From Phycisphaerales bacterium (GTDB lineage Bacteria > Planctomycetota > Phycisphaerae > Phycisphaerales > UBA1924), in contig OZ245777.1 in the NCBI GenBank assembly GCA_965227775.1, positions 2,848,001-2,912,000 of the forward strand: DNA of 64,000 nucleotides. Direction: 5' to 3'. This document shows positions 8,348 through 17,760 of this stretch, one piece after another. Position 1 is the first letter of the stretch. Each line of letters begins with the position of its first letter. The notes under the pieces were generated by a model that did not search any database, was not told the DNA's origin, and saw only the letters and a program-made list of their open reading frames with translations. Made by a program: the position numbers and the translations under genes.

Positions 8348-9703
8348 ATGGACGCGTTTGTGATCGAGGGCGGCAAGCCCATTTCCGGCAGGTTCGAGGT
8401 GCACGGCTCGAAGAACGCCGCGCTGCCCATGCTCGCCGCCACGCTGCTGACCGACGAGCTCGTTGAGCTCTCGGACGTGCCTCGGCTCGAAGACATCTCC
8501 AACATGCTCCGCCTGCTCGGTGAGCTAGGCGTGGACATCAGCGAGGAAGATGGACCCAGCCGTGGCGGCCGCACCGTGCGGACGACCGTGACTGACGCGA
8601 GCCTGAGTCACGCCCGATACGACATCGTGCGGACCATGAGGGCGGGCGTGTGCGTGCTGGGCCCGATGCTGGCAAGGCGCGGGGAAGCCCGAATTTCCAT
8701 GCCGGGTGGTTGCGCGATCGGCCCCCGCCCCATCGATCTGCACCTCAAGGGGCTGGCGGCCCTGGGCGCTTCGATAAGCCTGTCCAATGGCGACGTCGTC
8801 GCGAAGGCACCCTCGGGCGGGCTGCGGGGCGCCACGGTGTTCCTGGGCGGGCCGTTTGGCTCGACCGTGCTGGGAACGGCCAACATCATGAGCGCCGCTA
8901 CCCTGGCGCGCGGCCGGACAGTCATCGAGTCGGCCGCCTGCGAGCCGGAGATCGTCGACCTTGGCCGCCTGCTCCAGAACATGGGCGCCCGAATTTCGGG
9001 CCTGGGCACGCCTCGCATCGTCGTCGATGGCGTTGATGAGCTCGGCGGGACGAGCCGGCGCATCATGCCCGATAGGATCGAAGCCGGCACCTACGCCATG
9101 GCGGCCGCTATGACCAAGGGCGAACTGACCATCGCCAACTGGCCGGTCGATGCGCTCGTCGGCCCCTTCGAGATGCTTCGTACCTCGGGCATCGAACTGG
9201 AGCTGAGCGAACACGAGCCGCTCGATACGCCCGGCGGCGACTCGATCCGCGCGACCGCGTTTGTGCGCCGCACTGGCGCGCTCAGGCCCGTCGAGCTCAC
9301 CACGCAGCCCTTCCCCGGATTTCCGACCGATCTGCAGGCCCAAGCGCTCGCCTTGCTGACGCTCGCCGACGGCAACTCGATCATCACCGAGAAGATCTTC
9401 CCAGAGCGATTCCTGCACGTGGCCGAGTTGCTGCGGATGGGCGCGCAGATCATCCGGCATGGGCCGACTGCCGTTATCAGCGGTGTGCCGAAGCTCGTGG
9501 GAGCTCCGGTCATGGCCAGCGACTTACGCGCCTCTGCGGGGCTCGTATTGGCGGGCCTGGCGGCGCGCGGCCGGACGGTGGTCCGACGCGTGTATCACCT
9601 CGATCGCGGCTACCAGCGGATGGACGAGTACCTCAACGGGCTTGGCGCCGACATCCAGCGCGTGAACGAGAAGGCGCTCGATGAGGTGGCCGTACCGGCC
9701 TAG
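8348..9703 (+). CDS. murA: UDP-N-acetylglucosamine 1-carboxyvinyltransferase
   Basis: GSKNAALP, PGGCAIGPRPIDLHL, PGFPTDLQ, DLRASA, HLDRGY. Confidence 0.97.
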   Translation: MDAFVIEGGKPISGRFEVHGSKNAALPMLAATLLTDELVELSDVPRLEDISNMLRLLGELGVDISEEDGPSRGGRTVRTTVTDASLSHARYDIVRTMRAGVCVLGPMLARRGEARISMPGGCAIGPRPIDLHLKGLAALGASISLSNGDVVAKAPSGGLRGATVFLGGPFGSTVLGTANIMSAATLARGRTVIESAACEPEIVDLGRLLQNMGARISGLGTPRIVVDGVDELGGTSRRIMPDRIEAGTYAMAAAMTKGELTIANWPVDALVGPFEMLRTSGIELELSEHEPLDTPGGDSIRATAFVRRTGALRPVELTTQPFPGFPTDLQAQALALLTLADGNSIITEKIFPERFLHVAELLRMGAQIIRHGPTAVISGVPKLVGAPVMASDLRASAGLVLAGLAARGRTVVRRVYHLDRGYQRMDEYLNGLGADIQRVNEKALDEVAVPA

Positions 9704-9903
9704 GCCCTCGGCCCGTCCAGTTTCTCAGCCGCGGGCGGCACGAGTACGGGGATGCCGTTGCGCACAGGATATCGCATCGGCTCGCCCACCACGTTGACCC
9801 ACTCGCCCGACTCGTCCATCGACAGCGGCTTGCTGGTGATTGGACAACGGAGCTGATCGGGCAACGTGCCAGGCAGAGACGGGTCGGGCGAATCACTCTT
9901 CAT
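9700..9903 (-). CDS. Trm112/YcaR-like small protein
   Basis: LRCPITSKPL...YPVRNGIPVL pattern; start approximate. Confidence 0.7.
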   Translation of the reverse strand: MKSDSPDPSLPGTLPDQLRCPITSKPLSMDESGEWVNVVGEPMRYPVRNGIPVLVPPAAEKLDGPRA

Positions 9904-10168
9904 CGAAGCCTCGCGCAAACAGGTCGCCCAGGGCCTTGCAGGCCTCTTCTGCGTCGTCGCCACGGGCGATGACCTCGAGCTCAACGCCCTGCGTCGCGGC
10001 CAACAGCATTATCTGCATGATCGACTTGCCGTCGATCTCTTGGTCTTCACGCTTGAGCGCGATCGTGCTCTTGAACCTCTGGGCGCAATCGGCAACCGCC
10101 GTCGCCGGGCGCGCATGCAGCCCAAGCCGGTTCACGACGGTCACCTTTGCGGCGCACTCCTTGGCCAA
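9893..10168 (-). CDS. ptsH: HPr-family phosphocarrier protein
   Basis: GLHARPA (His15) and DGKSIMQIM (Ser46) motifs. Confidence 0.93.
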   Translation of the reverse strand: MAKECAAKVTVVNRLGLHARPATAVADCAQRFKSTIALKREDQEIDGKSIMQIMLLAATQGVELEVIARGDDAEEACKALGDLFARGFDEE

Positions 10169-10194
10169 ACCTTGTCTCCGTAGCGAATCGGCGC

Positions 10195-10677
10195 TCAGCC
10201 GGGCAGCTTCTGGTGGTCGGCCTCGTGGAGTAGTTCGATGATCTCCTCGCGCGTCGATGACTGCCGCAGGAACCTGCGGAATGTCTCGTTGCCCAGGCTC
10301 TTGAAGATGACCTCCATGGCCTTGAGGTGGTCCTCCGGGCTGTTCTCGGGGCTGAGCAGCAGCACGATGGAGTACACCGGCTGGCGGTCGAGGGCTTGAA
10401 AGTCGATGCCCTTGCCGCTGCGAGCGATGCTGGCGGCCATCTTCGTGACCCCCGGATGCTTGACGTGTGGCACGGCGACGCCGCGGCCGAACCCGGTTGA
10501 CCCCTTGCGCTCCCGCTCGAGCACGGCTGCGACAAGCTCGTCGCGATGCTCGGCGTTCGCGGCTCCCGCGGCGACAAGGGCGTCGATCATCTCGACAATG
10601 GCGTCGTCGCGCTCGACGGCGTCGAGTTCGGCGAGGACGGCGTCCTTGTTCACGATCTCGGTCAGCTTCATGGCCAT
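10195..10677 (-). CDS. ptsN: PTS EIIA component (Ntr/fructose type)
   Basis: RERKGSTGFGRGVAVPH, IDFQALD; start moved to MAMKL. Confidence 0.85.
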   Translation of the reverse strand: MAMKLTEIVNKDAVLAELDAVERDDAIVEMIDALVAAGAANAEHRDELVAAVLERERKGSTGFGRGVAVPHVKHPGVTKMAASIARSGKGIDFQALDRQPVYSIVLLLSPENSPEDHLKAMEVIFKSLGNETFRRFLRQSSTREEIIELLHEADHQKLPG

Positions 10678-10679
10678 GG

Positions 10680-10997
10680 TCAGTGCGCCTGCCTCTTTTG
10701 GACCTTCACCTTGTCGTGCAGGTCGCTGAGCTGGCGAATCCCCTTGTGCTGGACGGAATCGATGACGCCGTAGAGATCGGCGCCGTTGTCCTTGCTCACC
10801 AGGTCGTCGTGGTGCTCGACGTCCACGATCAACTCGACCTCGAACGAGTCGCCCGAGTTGTTCTTGTGGTGCTCGATCGTCCAGGTCACGGCCAGGATTC
10901 GGTCGAAGAAGCGCGTGAGCTTCTCGGACTTCTCCTCGGCGTGCTGGCGAATCGCGTCGGTGATCGTGACGTGGCGGCCGACGACTTCGATGCGCAT
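10680..10997 (-). CDS. hpf: ribosome hibernation factor HPF/RaiA
   Basis: MRIEVVGRHVTITDAIRQHAEEK...DLYGVID. Confidence 0.9.
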   Translation of the reverse strand: MRIEVVGRHVTITDAIRQHAEEKSEKLTRFFDRILAVTWTIEHHKNNSGDSFEVELIVDVEHHDDLVSKDNGADLYGVIDSVQHKGIRQLSDLHDKVKVQKRQAH

Positions 10998-11073
10998 GGT
11001 GTCCGTCCCTTCGTTCTGGCAACCGAGCCGGCCATCCAAGCCGGCATGCTCAAGCATACCCACCCGGGCGTTC

Positions 11074-11949
11074 CTAGCTGGTCTTGGCGGCGGTCTCAGC
11101 GTCCTCGGCGGGCTGCGGGGGCGAGATCGCCGAGTTCGCGGCCCCGGGCGGTGTGAACCGTTCGGGCACGAGCGTGCCGCCGGTAATGAAGTATCTGATG
11201 GCCTCGTCGATCGACATGGGGATGTCGATGGCCTCGTCCTTGGGGACGGTGATGCCAAAGCCCGTGAAGGGCGTGGGCGTTGATGGGATGAACACGGCGA
11301 TGCACGGAACGCCCGCAGCCTCGTGGATCGTCGAGATCGAATCGCTCGTGACCAGACCCATCGTCCAGATCCCGCGCCTGGGGTACTGCACCATCACCAC
11401 GCGGCGGAACGCGACCTTGCGTTCGCCCATGATGAGCTCGACCACCTGCTTCACGTGGGGATACACCTGCTTGAAGCCGGGAATCTGCGCGATTAACCGC
11501 TCAACACGGGCGTATACGCGGCGGCCGAGGTAGTTTCCCAGAAGGAGGCCCGCGAGGTAGATGAGCATGATCGCCACGAGCAAGCCGGCCCCCTGGAGGT
11601 ACCAGTGCTGGTTCCAGAAGTCACCGAGCTGCTTGCGGACCAGATGCTCGCGCACGACTGCGGTTGGGCGCCCGCGGAACGGGCGGCCTTCGGGAGAAGC
11701 GAGGAATTCGTCGATCTCGCCGGGCTCAACGAGCATGAACTCCGGCCGCTGGTCTTCGGGCGTGACGCGAGGGGCGATCTCGACCACCACGACACGGATC
11801 CCGCGGTTGATCGGTTCGGCCACGTTGTTGAATAGGAAGACGAACGCCTGCCAGAGGAGCCACAGCGTCAGGATGGACGGCAGCAACACGGCCAGCCCGC
11901 GGCCGAAGAACCGCTTGAAATCGTCCATGAAGCTTTCCTGGCGTGCCAC
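11074..11949 (-). CDS. DUF502 membrane protein
   Basis: GLAVLLP, IPGFKQVY, VQYPRRGIW, FIPSTPTPFTGF; start approximate. Confidence 0.85.
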   Translation of the reverse strand: MARQESFMDDFKRFFGRGLAVLLPSILTLWLLWQAFVFLFNNVAEPINRGIRVVVVEIAPRVTPEDQRPEFMLVEPGEIDEFLASPEGRPFRGRPTAVVREHLVRKQLGDFWNQHWYLQGAGLLVAIMLIYLAGLLLGNYLGRRVYARVERLIAQIPGFKQVYPHVKQVVELIMGERKVAFRRVVMVQYPRRGIWTMGLVTSDSISTIHEAAGVPCIAVFIPSTPTPFTGFGITVPKDEAIDIPMSIDEAIRYFITGGTLVPERFTPPGAANSAISPPQPAEDAETAAKTS

Positions 11950-12113
11950 GCGACAGATTCCCTTCTGCGTAGGTCCGGCAACGCAGGGTACGGCTTGGGC
12001 GTGCTTGGCTTCGTACCCCACAGACGGCGGGGCCGCGCGGGCGAGAACGCCGACGCTCCTTGCCGGCCGTGCGTCCACGTGGGACGGGTCCGAGTGGATC
12101 GGGACCGGAGGAA

Positions 12114-12186
12114 TGGGCCTGACAGGACTTGAACCTGTGACCTCACCGTTATCAGCGGTGCGCTCTACCGACTGAGCTACAAGCCC
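12114..12186 (-). tRNA. tRNA-Ile(GAU)
   Basis: Minus strand GGGCTTGTAGCTCAGTCGGTAGAGCG-CACCG-CTGATAA-CGGTG...GGTTCAAGTCC...AGGCCCA. Confidence 0.97.
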
Positions 12187-12195
12187 GAACCGCCG

Positions 12196-12223
12196 AGTGT
12201 ATCGGCTGATCGACGGGAGTCAA
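12196..12223 (-). promoter_or_regulatory. sigma70-type promoter of tRNA-Ile
   Basis: TTGACT-N16-TACACT ending 9 nt before the tRNA. Confidence 0.7.
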
Positions 12224-12300
12224 CGATATGCAATGGCCCCGCAGGCGTCGCCCGCAGCGTAAACTGTGACCCAAGGAGGGACGCCAGAGCGTCCGAGTAC

Positions 12301-13650
12301 ATGCCGAACACTTTGCTCAGCCGATTGCGGAGGGCCCTCCCCCTCGCCAGCCGCGTCTTGGCCGGTCTGTTCCTGCTTATCGCGGCCACGGGCCTCTTCC
12401 AGATTCTCCAGGCCACCAAGGCCGAGCCCACGCTCAGCGAGGACGCGGGCCTTCCGCCGCTGGTGCGCACGGTCGAGGTCAGGCGTGTCGAGACCGCCCG
12501 CCCCTGGACCGGCTACGGCACCGTCCGGGCCATGACATCGGCCCAGGTTGCCGTGCAAGTCGCCGGCCGCGTCATAGAGCGGCCGGATTCCATCGAAGCA
12601 GGGCTGGCGGTCGAGGCGGGAGATTTGCTGCTTGAGATCGATCCGAGCGATTTCCTCCAGCGGGTGGCATCGCTCGAGGGCACGGTGGCGGCACTCGAGG
12701 CCCAGATCGACCAGCTCGGCATCGAGGCGGCCTCCCTCGACGAGCAGCTCACCCTGGTGCTCGAAGAAGCCGAGATCGCCAAACGCGAGTACGAGCGGGC
12801 CCGCGGCGTCTTCGAGGATCTTGGTGCGGGCACGGCAACGGAGGTCGACCAGAAGCTGGCCGCGTACCGCCGGGCTACTCGGGAGGCGTCGGCCCTCGAG
12901 CAGCAGTCAAGGTCCATCCCGGCCCGACGAGCGACCCTCCAGGCCAACATGTCCTCGCAGCGTGCCGAACTGGCCCAAGCCAAGCAGGACCTGGACCGTG
13001 CCACCGTGTCGGCCCCCATCGCCGGCGTGCTGCAAGAGGTCTCGCTCGATGAGGGCGACTACGCCCGCGTCGGGGACGCGGCCGCTCGCATCGTCGAACT
13101 TGGCCGCCTTGAGCTCCCGCTCTCGCTGCCGGCGTCGGCGGCTGGCGATATCGCGATCGGCGATGCGGTCGAGGTGGTGCTCGAATCGGGCTCGGAGGCA
13201 CGCTGGAGTGGGGCGATCACCAGGCTCGCGCCCGAGGCCGACGCGCAGACACGCTCGATCCGTGTGTTCGTCGAGGTCGCGCAGAGTCTCGAAGTCGACG
13301 AGCGTGGCATGCTCTCGCCCGGCAATGGCGTGATCCTGCGACCGGGCATGTTCGTCGTGGGCCGCGTGGTGCCGAGCCGGCCGGTCGCCCACCTCCTGGT
13401 ACCCAGGCGTGCGGTGGTGCAGGGAGGCGTGCTGATCGCAGACCTGAATTCTCCGGCGAGCGCCAAGCGCGTCGATGTCCAGACGCTTTTCGCGCTCGAA
13501 GGCAAGATTGAGGGCGCCCCCCTGGACGAGTCGCTGTGGTTCGCCGTCGAGGCCGACCTGCGTGAGGGCCAGCGGGTGCTGGTCACGAACCTCGATGACC
13601 TTCGCGACGGTTCGCCCATCCGTGTGGGCGAGGGTGGTGGCACACCATGA
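12301..13650 (+). CDS. RND efflux periplasmic adaptor (membrane fusion protein)
   Basis: N-terminal TM, lipoyl-like VAGRV/APIAG halves flanking a coiled coil, LRPGMF. Confidence 0.88.
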   Translation: MPNTLLSRLRRALPLASRVLAGLFLLIAATGLFQILQATKAEPTLSEDAGLPPLVRTVEVRRVETARPWTGYGTVRAMTSAQVAVQVAGRVIERPDSIEAGLAVEAGDLLLEIDPSDFLQRVASLEGTVAALEAQIDQLGIEAASLDEQLTLVLEEAEIAKREYERARGVFEDLGAGTATEVDQKLAAYRRATREASALEQQSRSIPARRATLQANMSSQRAELAQAKQDLDRATVSAPIAGVLQEVSLDEGDYARVGDAAARIVELGRLELPLSLPASAAGDIAIGDAVEVVLESGSEARWSGAITRLAPEADAQTRSIRVFVEVAQSLEVDERGMLSPGNGVILRPGMFVVGRVVPSRPVAHLLVPRRAVVQGGVLIADLNSPASAKRVDVQTLFALEGKIEGAPLDESLWFAVEADLREGQRVLVTNLDDLRDGSPIRVGEGGGTP

Positions 13651-16600
13651 GCCTGCCGGCCTTCGGCGTCCGCAAGCCGGTCGTCGCGAACCTGCTCATG
13701 TTCGCCATCATCGGCGCAGGCATATTGCTCGGGCTGGGGCTCCGGCGCGAGTTCTTCCCCGAGGTCAGGCCGAATCGCGTGGTGGTTGCAGCGCCATACC
13801 CGGGCGCTTCGCCCGACGAGATCGAGCGGTCGCTGGCAATCAAGATCGAGGACCGCGTCGCAGATCTGCGCGATGTGGTTGAGATCAATACCACCGTAAC
13901 CGAGGGCAGCGCGCAGCTCATCATCGAGTTTGAGGACTCTATCGATATCGACGAAGCGGTCAGCGACGTCAAGCGTGAGGTCGATGCCCTGCAGGACCTG
14001 CCCGAGCAGTCCGAGCGCATCATCGTCGACAAGCTGGAACCGAACCTTCCAGCGGTGATCCTGTCGATCTATGGCGACTCAAGCGAACGAGCTCTCAAGG
14101 AAGCCGCGCTGGCGATCCGTGAAGACCTGCGCGCCCTGCCGGGCATGGCCGACGTGACGATCGACGGCATCCGTACCGATGAGATCCGCGTGTCGGTCAG
14201 GCCGCAAGCAATGGTCGAGCATCAGCTCAGCCTGCCCATGATCTCCGACCGAGTGCGCGCCGCCATGCGCGAGCTGCCCGGCGGCACCGTGCGCACGGGC
14301 ACGCAGACGCTCTCGGTGCGCACCGTGCGCGTCGAAGAGGACGCCAAGCTCGTTGCCGACATCGTCGTCAAGGGCGAGGGCGGGCGTGTGCTTCGGCTCG
14401 GCGACATCGCCGACGTGGAGTACGGGTTCCGCGACACCGATCTCATCACCAGGCTCGAGGGTGTGCCCGCCGTCTCGCTCACGTGCTTCCAGGTCGGTGA
14501 TACCGACGTGGTCAAGATCGCCGAGCTGACCAAGGCATATACGGCCGGTATGCGCGGCGAGCCGCTCGAGCTGACCATCGGCGAACGCATCGGCACGTTT
14601 CTGCGCACGATGCAGAACAAGCAGCTCGAATCGAAGGGAAAGCCGCTCGACCTGAGCCCGATCTCTGACCGGTTGCAGGCCTACGAGGCCGGTCAGAAAT
14701 GGATGGGCCGTCTGCCCGGCGAGGCGCGCATCACGACCGACCTCGCCCGGTTTGTCACGGGCCGGCTCGAACTCCTGACGCGCAACGCGCTCCAAGGTGG
14801 AGCGCTCGTGTTCCTCGTGCTCGTTCTGCTGTTGAACTGGCGCGTCTCGTTCTGGGTGGCAATCGGCCTGATCATCTCACTGGCGGGCACGATCGCCATG
14901 ATGCGCATGACCGGCATCACCCTGAATCTTCTGACCATGTTCGGCCTGATCGTCGTCATCGGCATCCTCGTCGACGACGCGATCGTGGTGGCCGAGAACA
15001 TCGTCGCGCGGCACGAGGAGGGCATGCCGCCGATGCAGGCGGCCATCGAGGGCGCAGGCCAGGTGAGCTGGCCGGTCGTCACGACGGTGCTGACCACGGT
15101 GTTCGCGTTCCTGCCTCTGGCGCTCATCGAGGGCCAGATTGGCGACTTTCTTGCAGCGCTGCCCATCGTCGTCGCTGTCGCGCTGCTCGTTTCGCTCATC
15201 GAATGCCTGTTCATCTTGCCGAGCCACATGGCCCACACACTGCGATCGAGCGACCGGGCGAAGAGCACGGGAACGACCTCGCGCCTTGCTCGCTTCGAGG
15301 CCCGCTACGACCACTGGCGTGACCGGCTGTTCTCTCGGCTGCTCATCCCCCACTACACACGGATGCTTGTACGCTGCATCCGCTATCGCTACCTCACGCT
15401 CGCGGTGGCGATCTCGATCGTCATCGCATCAGCGGCGATGGTCGCAGGCGGGAAGCTCGAGTTCATCTTCTTCGAGACCGAAGACGCCGAATCGGTCAAC
15501 GTCACCCTGCGCATGCCCATCGGCACCCCCGTGGGCGAGACCGACGCCATCGTGCGCCGCATCGAGCAGGCATCCCTCGACCAGCCCGAGGTCGCCAGCG
15601 CGTACGCGTCGGTGGGCGCCATCGGTGACGTCAACGGCGAGGGCGGGGACATCAGCCAGCCACACCTCGGCCAGATCTTCCTCGAGCTCAACCCCGTCGA
15701 GCAGCGCGAACGTACGAGCAACGACGTCATCCTCGCCATCCGCGAAGAACTCGGCGAGTTGGCGGGCGTCAAGAGCCTTCGCTTCGAGCCCATCGGCGGT
15801 GGGCCGGGCGGTGTGGCGATCAGCCTGGGTGTCGTCGGGGACAATACCGAGCGGGCAACCGTCGTGGTCGATCGCATCAAGGCCATGCTCGACGAAATCG
15901 AGGCCGTCTTCGACATCGAGGACGACGCCGACGCCGGGCAACGCGAACTCCGGTTCGATCTCAAAGACGGCGCCACCGAATTGGGCTTCACACGAGCCTC
16001 GCTCGGCGAGCAGATCCGCGGCGCGGTGTTCGGCCTCGAGCCCCACACTTTCGCCGGCAACCGCGAAGACGTCAAGGTCCGCGTGACGCTGCCGAAGGAC
16101 GTGCGATCCAGCCCGGTCGCGCTCGAAGACACCTACGTCTTCTCCCCCGACGGCCGAGCCGTGCCGCTCATCGAGGTGGCCACGATCGAAGAAGGTCGCG
16201 GGTATGCCACGGTCCGCCGCCTCGACCGAGAACGCATCATCACCGTCAGCGCGGACGTGAACCGCCAACTCGGCAATCCGGAGGAGATCGTTGGATCGCT
16301 CCGGCCCAAGCTCATCGCCCTCGAACGCGAGTTCCCAGGCATCCGAATCGTCGAGCGTGGCCGGCAGAAGGATGTGGCCGAAAGCTTCTCGACGCTGCCT
16401 CTTGGCATGGCCGTGGCTGCGGGGCTCATCTTCGTCACGCTCGCGTGGCTCTTCTCGAGCTATTTGCAGCCGCTCATCGTGATGGCGGCCATCCCCTTCG
16501 CGACGGTCGGCATGATCTGGGGGCATCTCGCGCTGGGATTCGCGATGACGTTCCTCTCGCTCATCGGCTTCGTCGCCCTCTCGGGCATTGTGGTCAACGA

Positions 16601-16964
16601 CTCTTTGATCTTCATGGAGTTTTTCAACGAGCGCAAGCGTGGGCCGGCAAGCTTGCCGCTCGCGCTCGTCCGCGCAGGTCGGGCCCGCTTGCGTCCGATC
16701 CTGCTTACCACGATCACCACCGTGCTTGGCCTCACGCCCTTGATGCTCGAGCAGTCGTTCCAGGCACGCTTCCTCATTCCGATGGCGATCACGATCGCCT
16801 GCGGGCTCATCTCGGCCACGGCGATCATCCTTCTCGTGCTGCCGTCGATGCTGGCGATTCTCAGCGACATCAAGGCGCTCGCATGGATGGCGTGGACTGG
16901 CTCGAAGACCAGGGCGACCAATGGCAACGGATTCAACGAACAACCGACCAACGCTGCGCCGTAG
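13647..16964 (+). CDS. RND efflux permease, AcrB/AcrD/AcrF family
   Basis: GILVDDAIVVAENI, RLRPILLTTITT; 1105 aa; ATGA overlap with the adaptor gene. Confidence 0.93.
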   Translation: MSLPAFGVRKPVVANLLMFAIIGAGILLGLGLRREFFPEVRPNRVVVAAPYPGASPDEIERSLAIKIEDRVADLRDVVEINTTVTEGSAQLIIEFEDSIDIDEAVSDVKREVDALQDLPEQSERIIVDKLEPNLPAVILSIYGDSSERALKEAALAIREDLRALPGMADVTIDGIRTDEIRVSVRPQAMVEHQLSLPMISDRVRAAMRELPGGTVRTGTQTLSVRTVRVEEDAKLVADIVVKGEGGRVLRLGDIADVEYGFRDTDLITRLEGVPAVSLTCFQVGDTDVVKIAELTKAYTAGMRGEPLELTIGERIGTFLRTMQNKQLESKGKPLDLSPISDRLQAYEAGQKWMGRLPGEARITTDLARFVTGRLELLTRNALQGGALVFLVLVLLLNWRVSFWVAIGLIISLAGTIAMMRMTGITLNLLTMFGLIVVIGILVDDAIVVAENIVARHEEGMPPMQAAIEGAGQVSWPVVTTVLTTVFAFLPLALIEGQIGDFLAALPIVVAVALLVSLIECLFILPSHMAHTLRSSDRAKSTGTTSRLARFEARYDHWRDRLFSRLLIPHYTRMLVRCIRYRYLTLAVAISIVIASAAMVAGGKLEFIFFETEDAESVNVTLRMPIGTPVGETDAIVRRIEQASLDQPEVASAYASVGAIGDVNGEGGDISQPHLGQIFLELNPVEQRERTSNDVILAIREELGELAGVKSLRFEPIGGGPGGVAISLGVVGDNTERATVVVDRIKAMLDEIEAVFDIEDDADAGQRELRFDLKDGATELGFTRASLGEQIRGAVFGLEPHTFAGNREDVKVRVTLPKDVRSSPVALEDTYVFSPDGRAVPLIEVATIEEGRGYATVRRLDRERIITVSADVNRQLGNPEEIVGSLRPKLIALEREFPGIRIVERGRQKDVAESFSTLPLGMAVAAGLIFVTLAWLFSSYLQPLIVMAAIPFATVGMIWGHLALGFAMTFLSLIGFVALSGIVVNDSLIFMEFFNERKRGPASLPLALVRAGRARLRPILLTTITTVLGLTPLMLEQSFQARFLIPMAITIACGLISATAIILLVLPSMLAILSDIKALAWMAWTGSKTRATNGNGFNEQPTNAAP

Positions 16965-17760
16965 GCTGGCCCGCAGCGCGGCACGGCTCGTCGGCATTGT
17001 CGTGTGCATGGGGGTGGTGCTCTTGGCGATCGGCCTGATCTTCTCGCCCGACCGGGCCATGATCTTCCCTGCGTCCATCGCCGGCCCGCTGCCACCACCG
17101 CCCGCGAGCGTCGAAACCATCACGACCGACGCGGGGCTCGTGTGGTACTTGTCACCAAGGGACGAATCGCCCGCGCCGCTCATGCTGCTCTTCCACGGCA
17201 ACGGCGACAACATCGCCGGAATGCTGCAGATCGGCAAGCGGTACCAGGCGCAGGGCTTCGCGGTCGGTCTCATCGAGTACCCGGGCTATGGCGGAACGCC
17301 GGGAAAGCCGACGGAAGCGACCGTGACCGAGGCAGCCGTCGCCGGCTACGACGTGCTCACCACACGGCCCGAGGTCGCGAGAGAACGAGTGGTTGCCCAC
17401 GGCTTTTCGCTCGGCGGCGGCGTGGCGGCGCAGCTGGCCGATCGAAGAGAAGTTTCGGGGCTCATCCTCGAATCGACCTTCACCAGCATGGTGGCGATGT
17501 ATCGATCACTGCGCGTGCCGGGGTTCATCTGCCGGGATCCGTTCCGGACCGATCGAGTGCTCGCAGACTTCGAGCGCCCAGTTTTGCTCATCCACGGACG
17601 CGCCGACACCATCGTCCCGCACTCGCACAGCAAGACGCTGCTGGGCATCGCAAGCAACGCTACCTATCTGGAGATGGATGGCGGTCACAACGACGGGCCG
17701 TCGGACCCGATCGCATATTGGGAAGCCATCGACACGCTCATCGCGCGGGCGATCGACTAG
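16921..17760 (+). CDS. alpha/beta hydrolase
   Basis: FHGNG, GFSLGG nucleophile, HGRADTIVP, GGHND. Confidence 0.88.
   Translation: MATDSTNNRPTLRRRLARSAARLVGIVVCMGVVLLAIGLIFSPDRAMIFPASIAGPLPPPPASVETITTDAGLVWYLSPRDESPAPLMLLFHGNGDNIAGMLQIGKRYQAQGFAVGLIEYPGYGGTPGKPTEATVTEAAVAGYDVLTTRPEVARERVVAHGFSLGGGVAAQLADRREVSGLILESTFTSMVAMYRSLRVPGFICRDPFRTDRVLADFERPVLLIHGRADTIVPHSHSKTLLGIASNATYLEMDGGHNDGPSDPIAYWEAIDTLIARAID

Noticed and set aside
6526..12186. tRNA genes as integration sites of a genomic island
   Set aside because: No duplicated tRNA 3' end or integrase seen; the intervening genes are largely housekeeping
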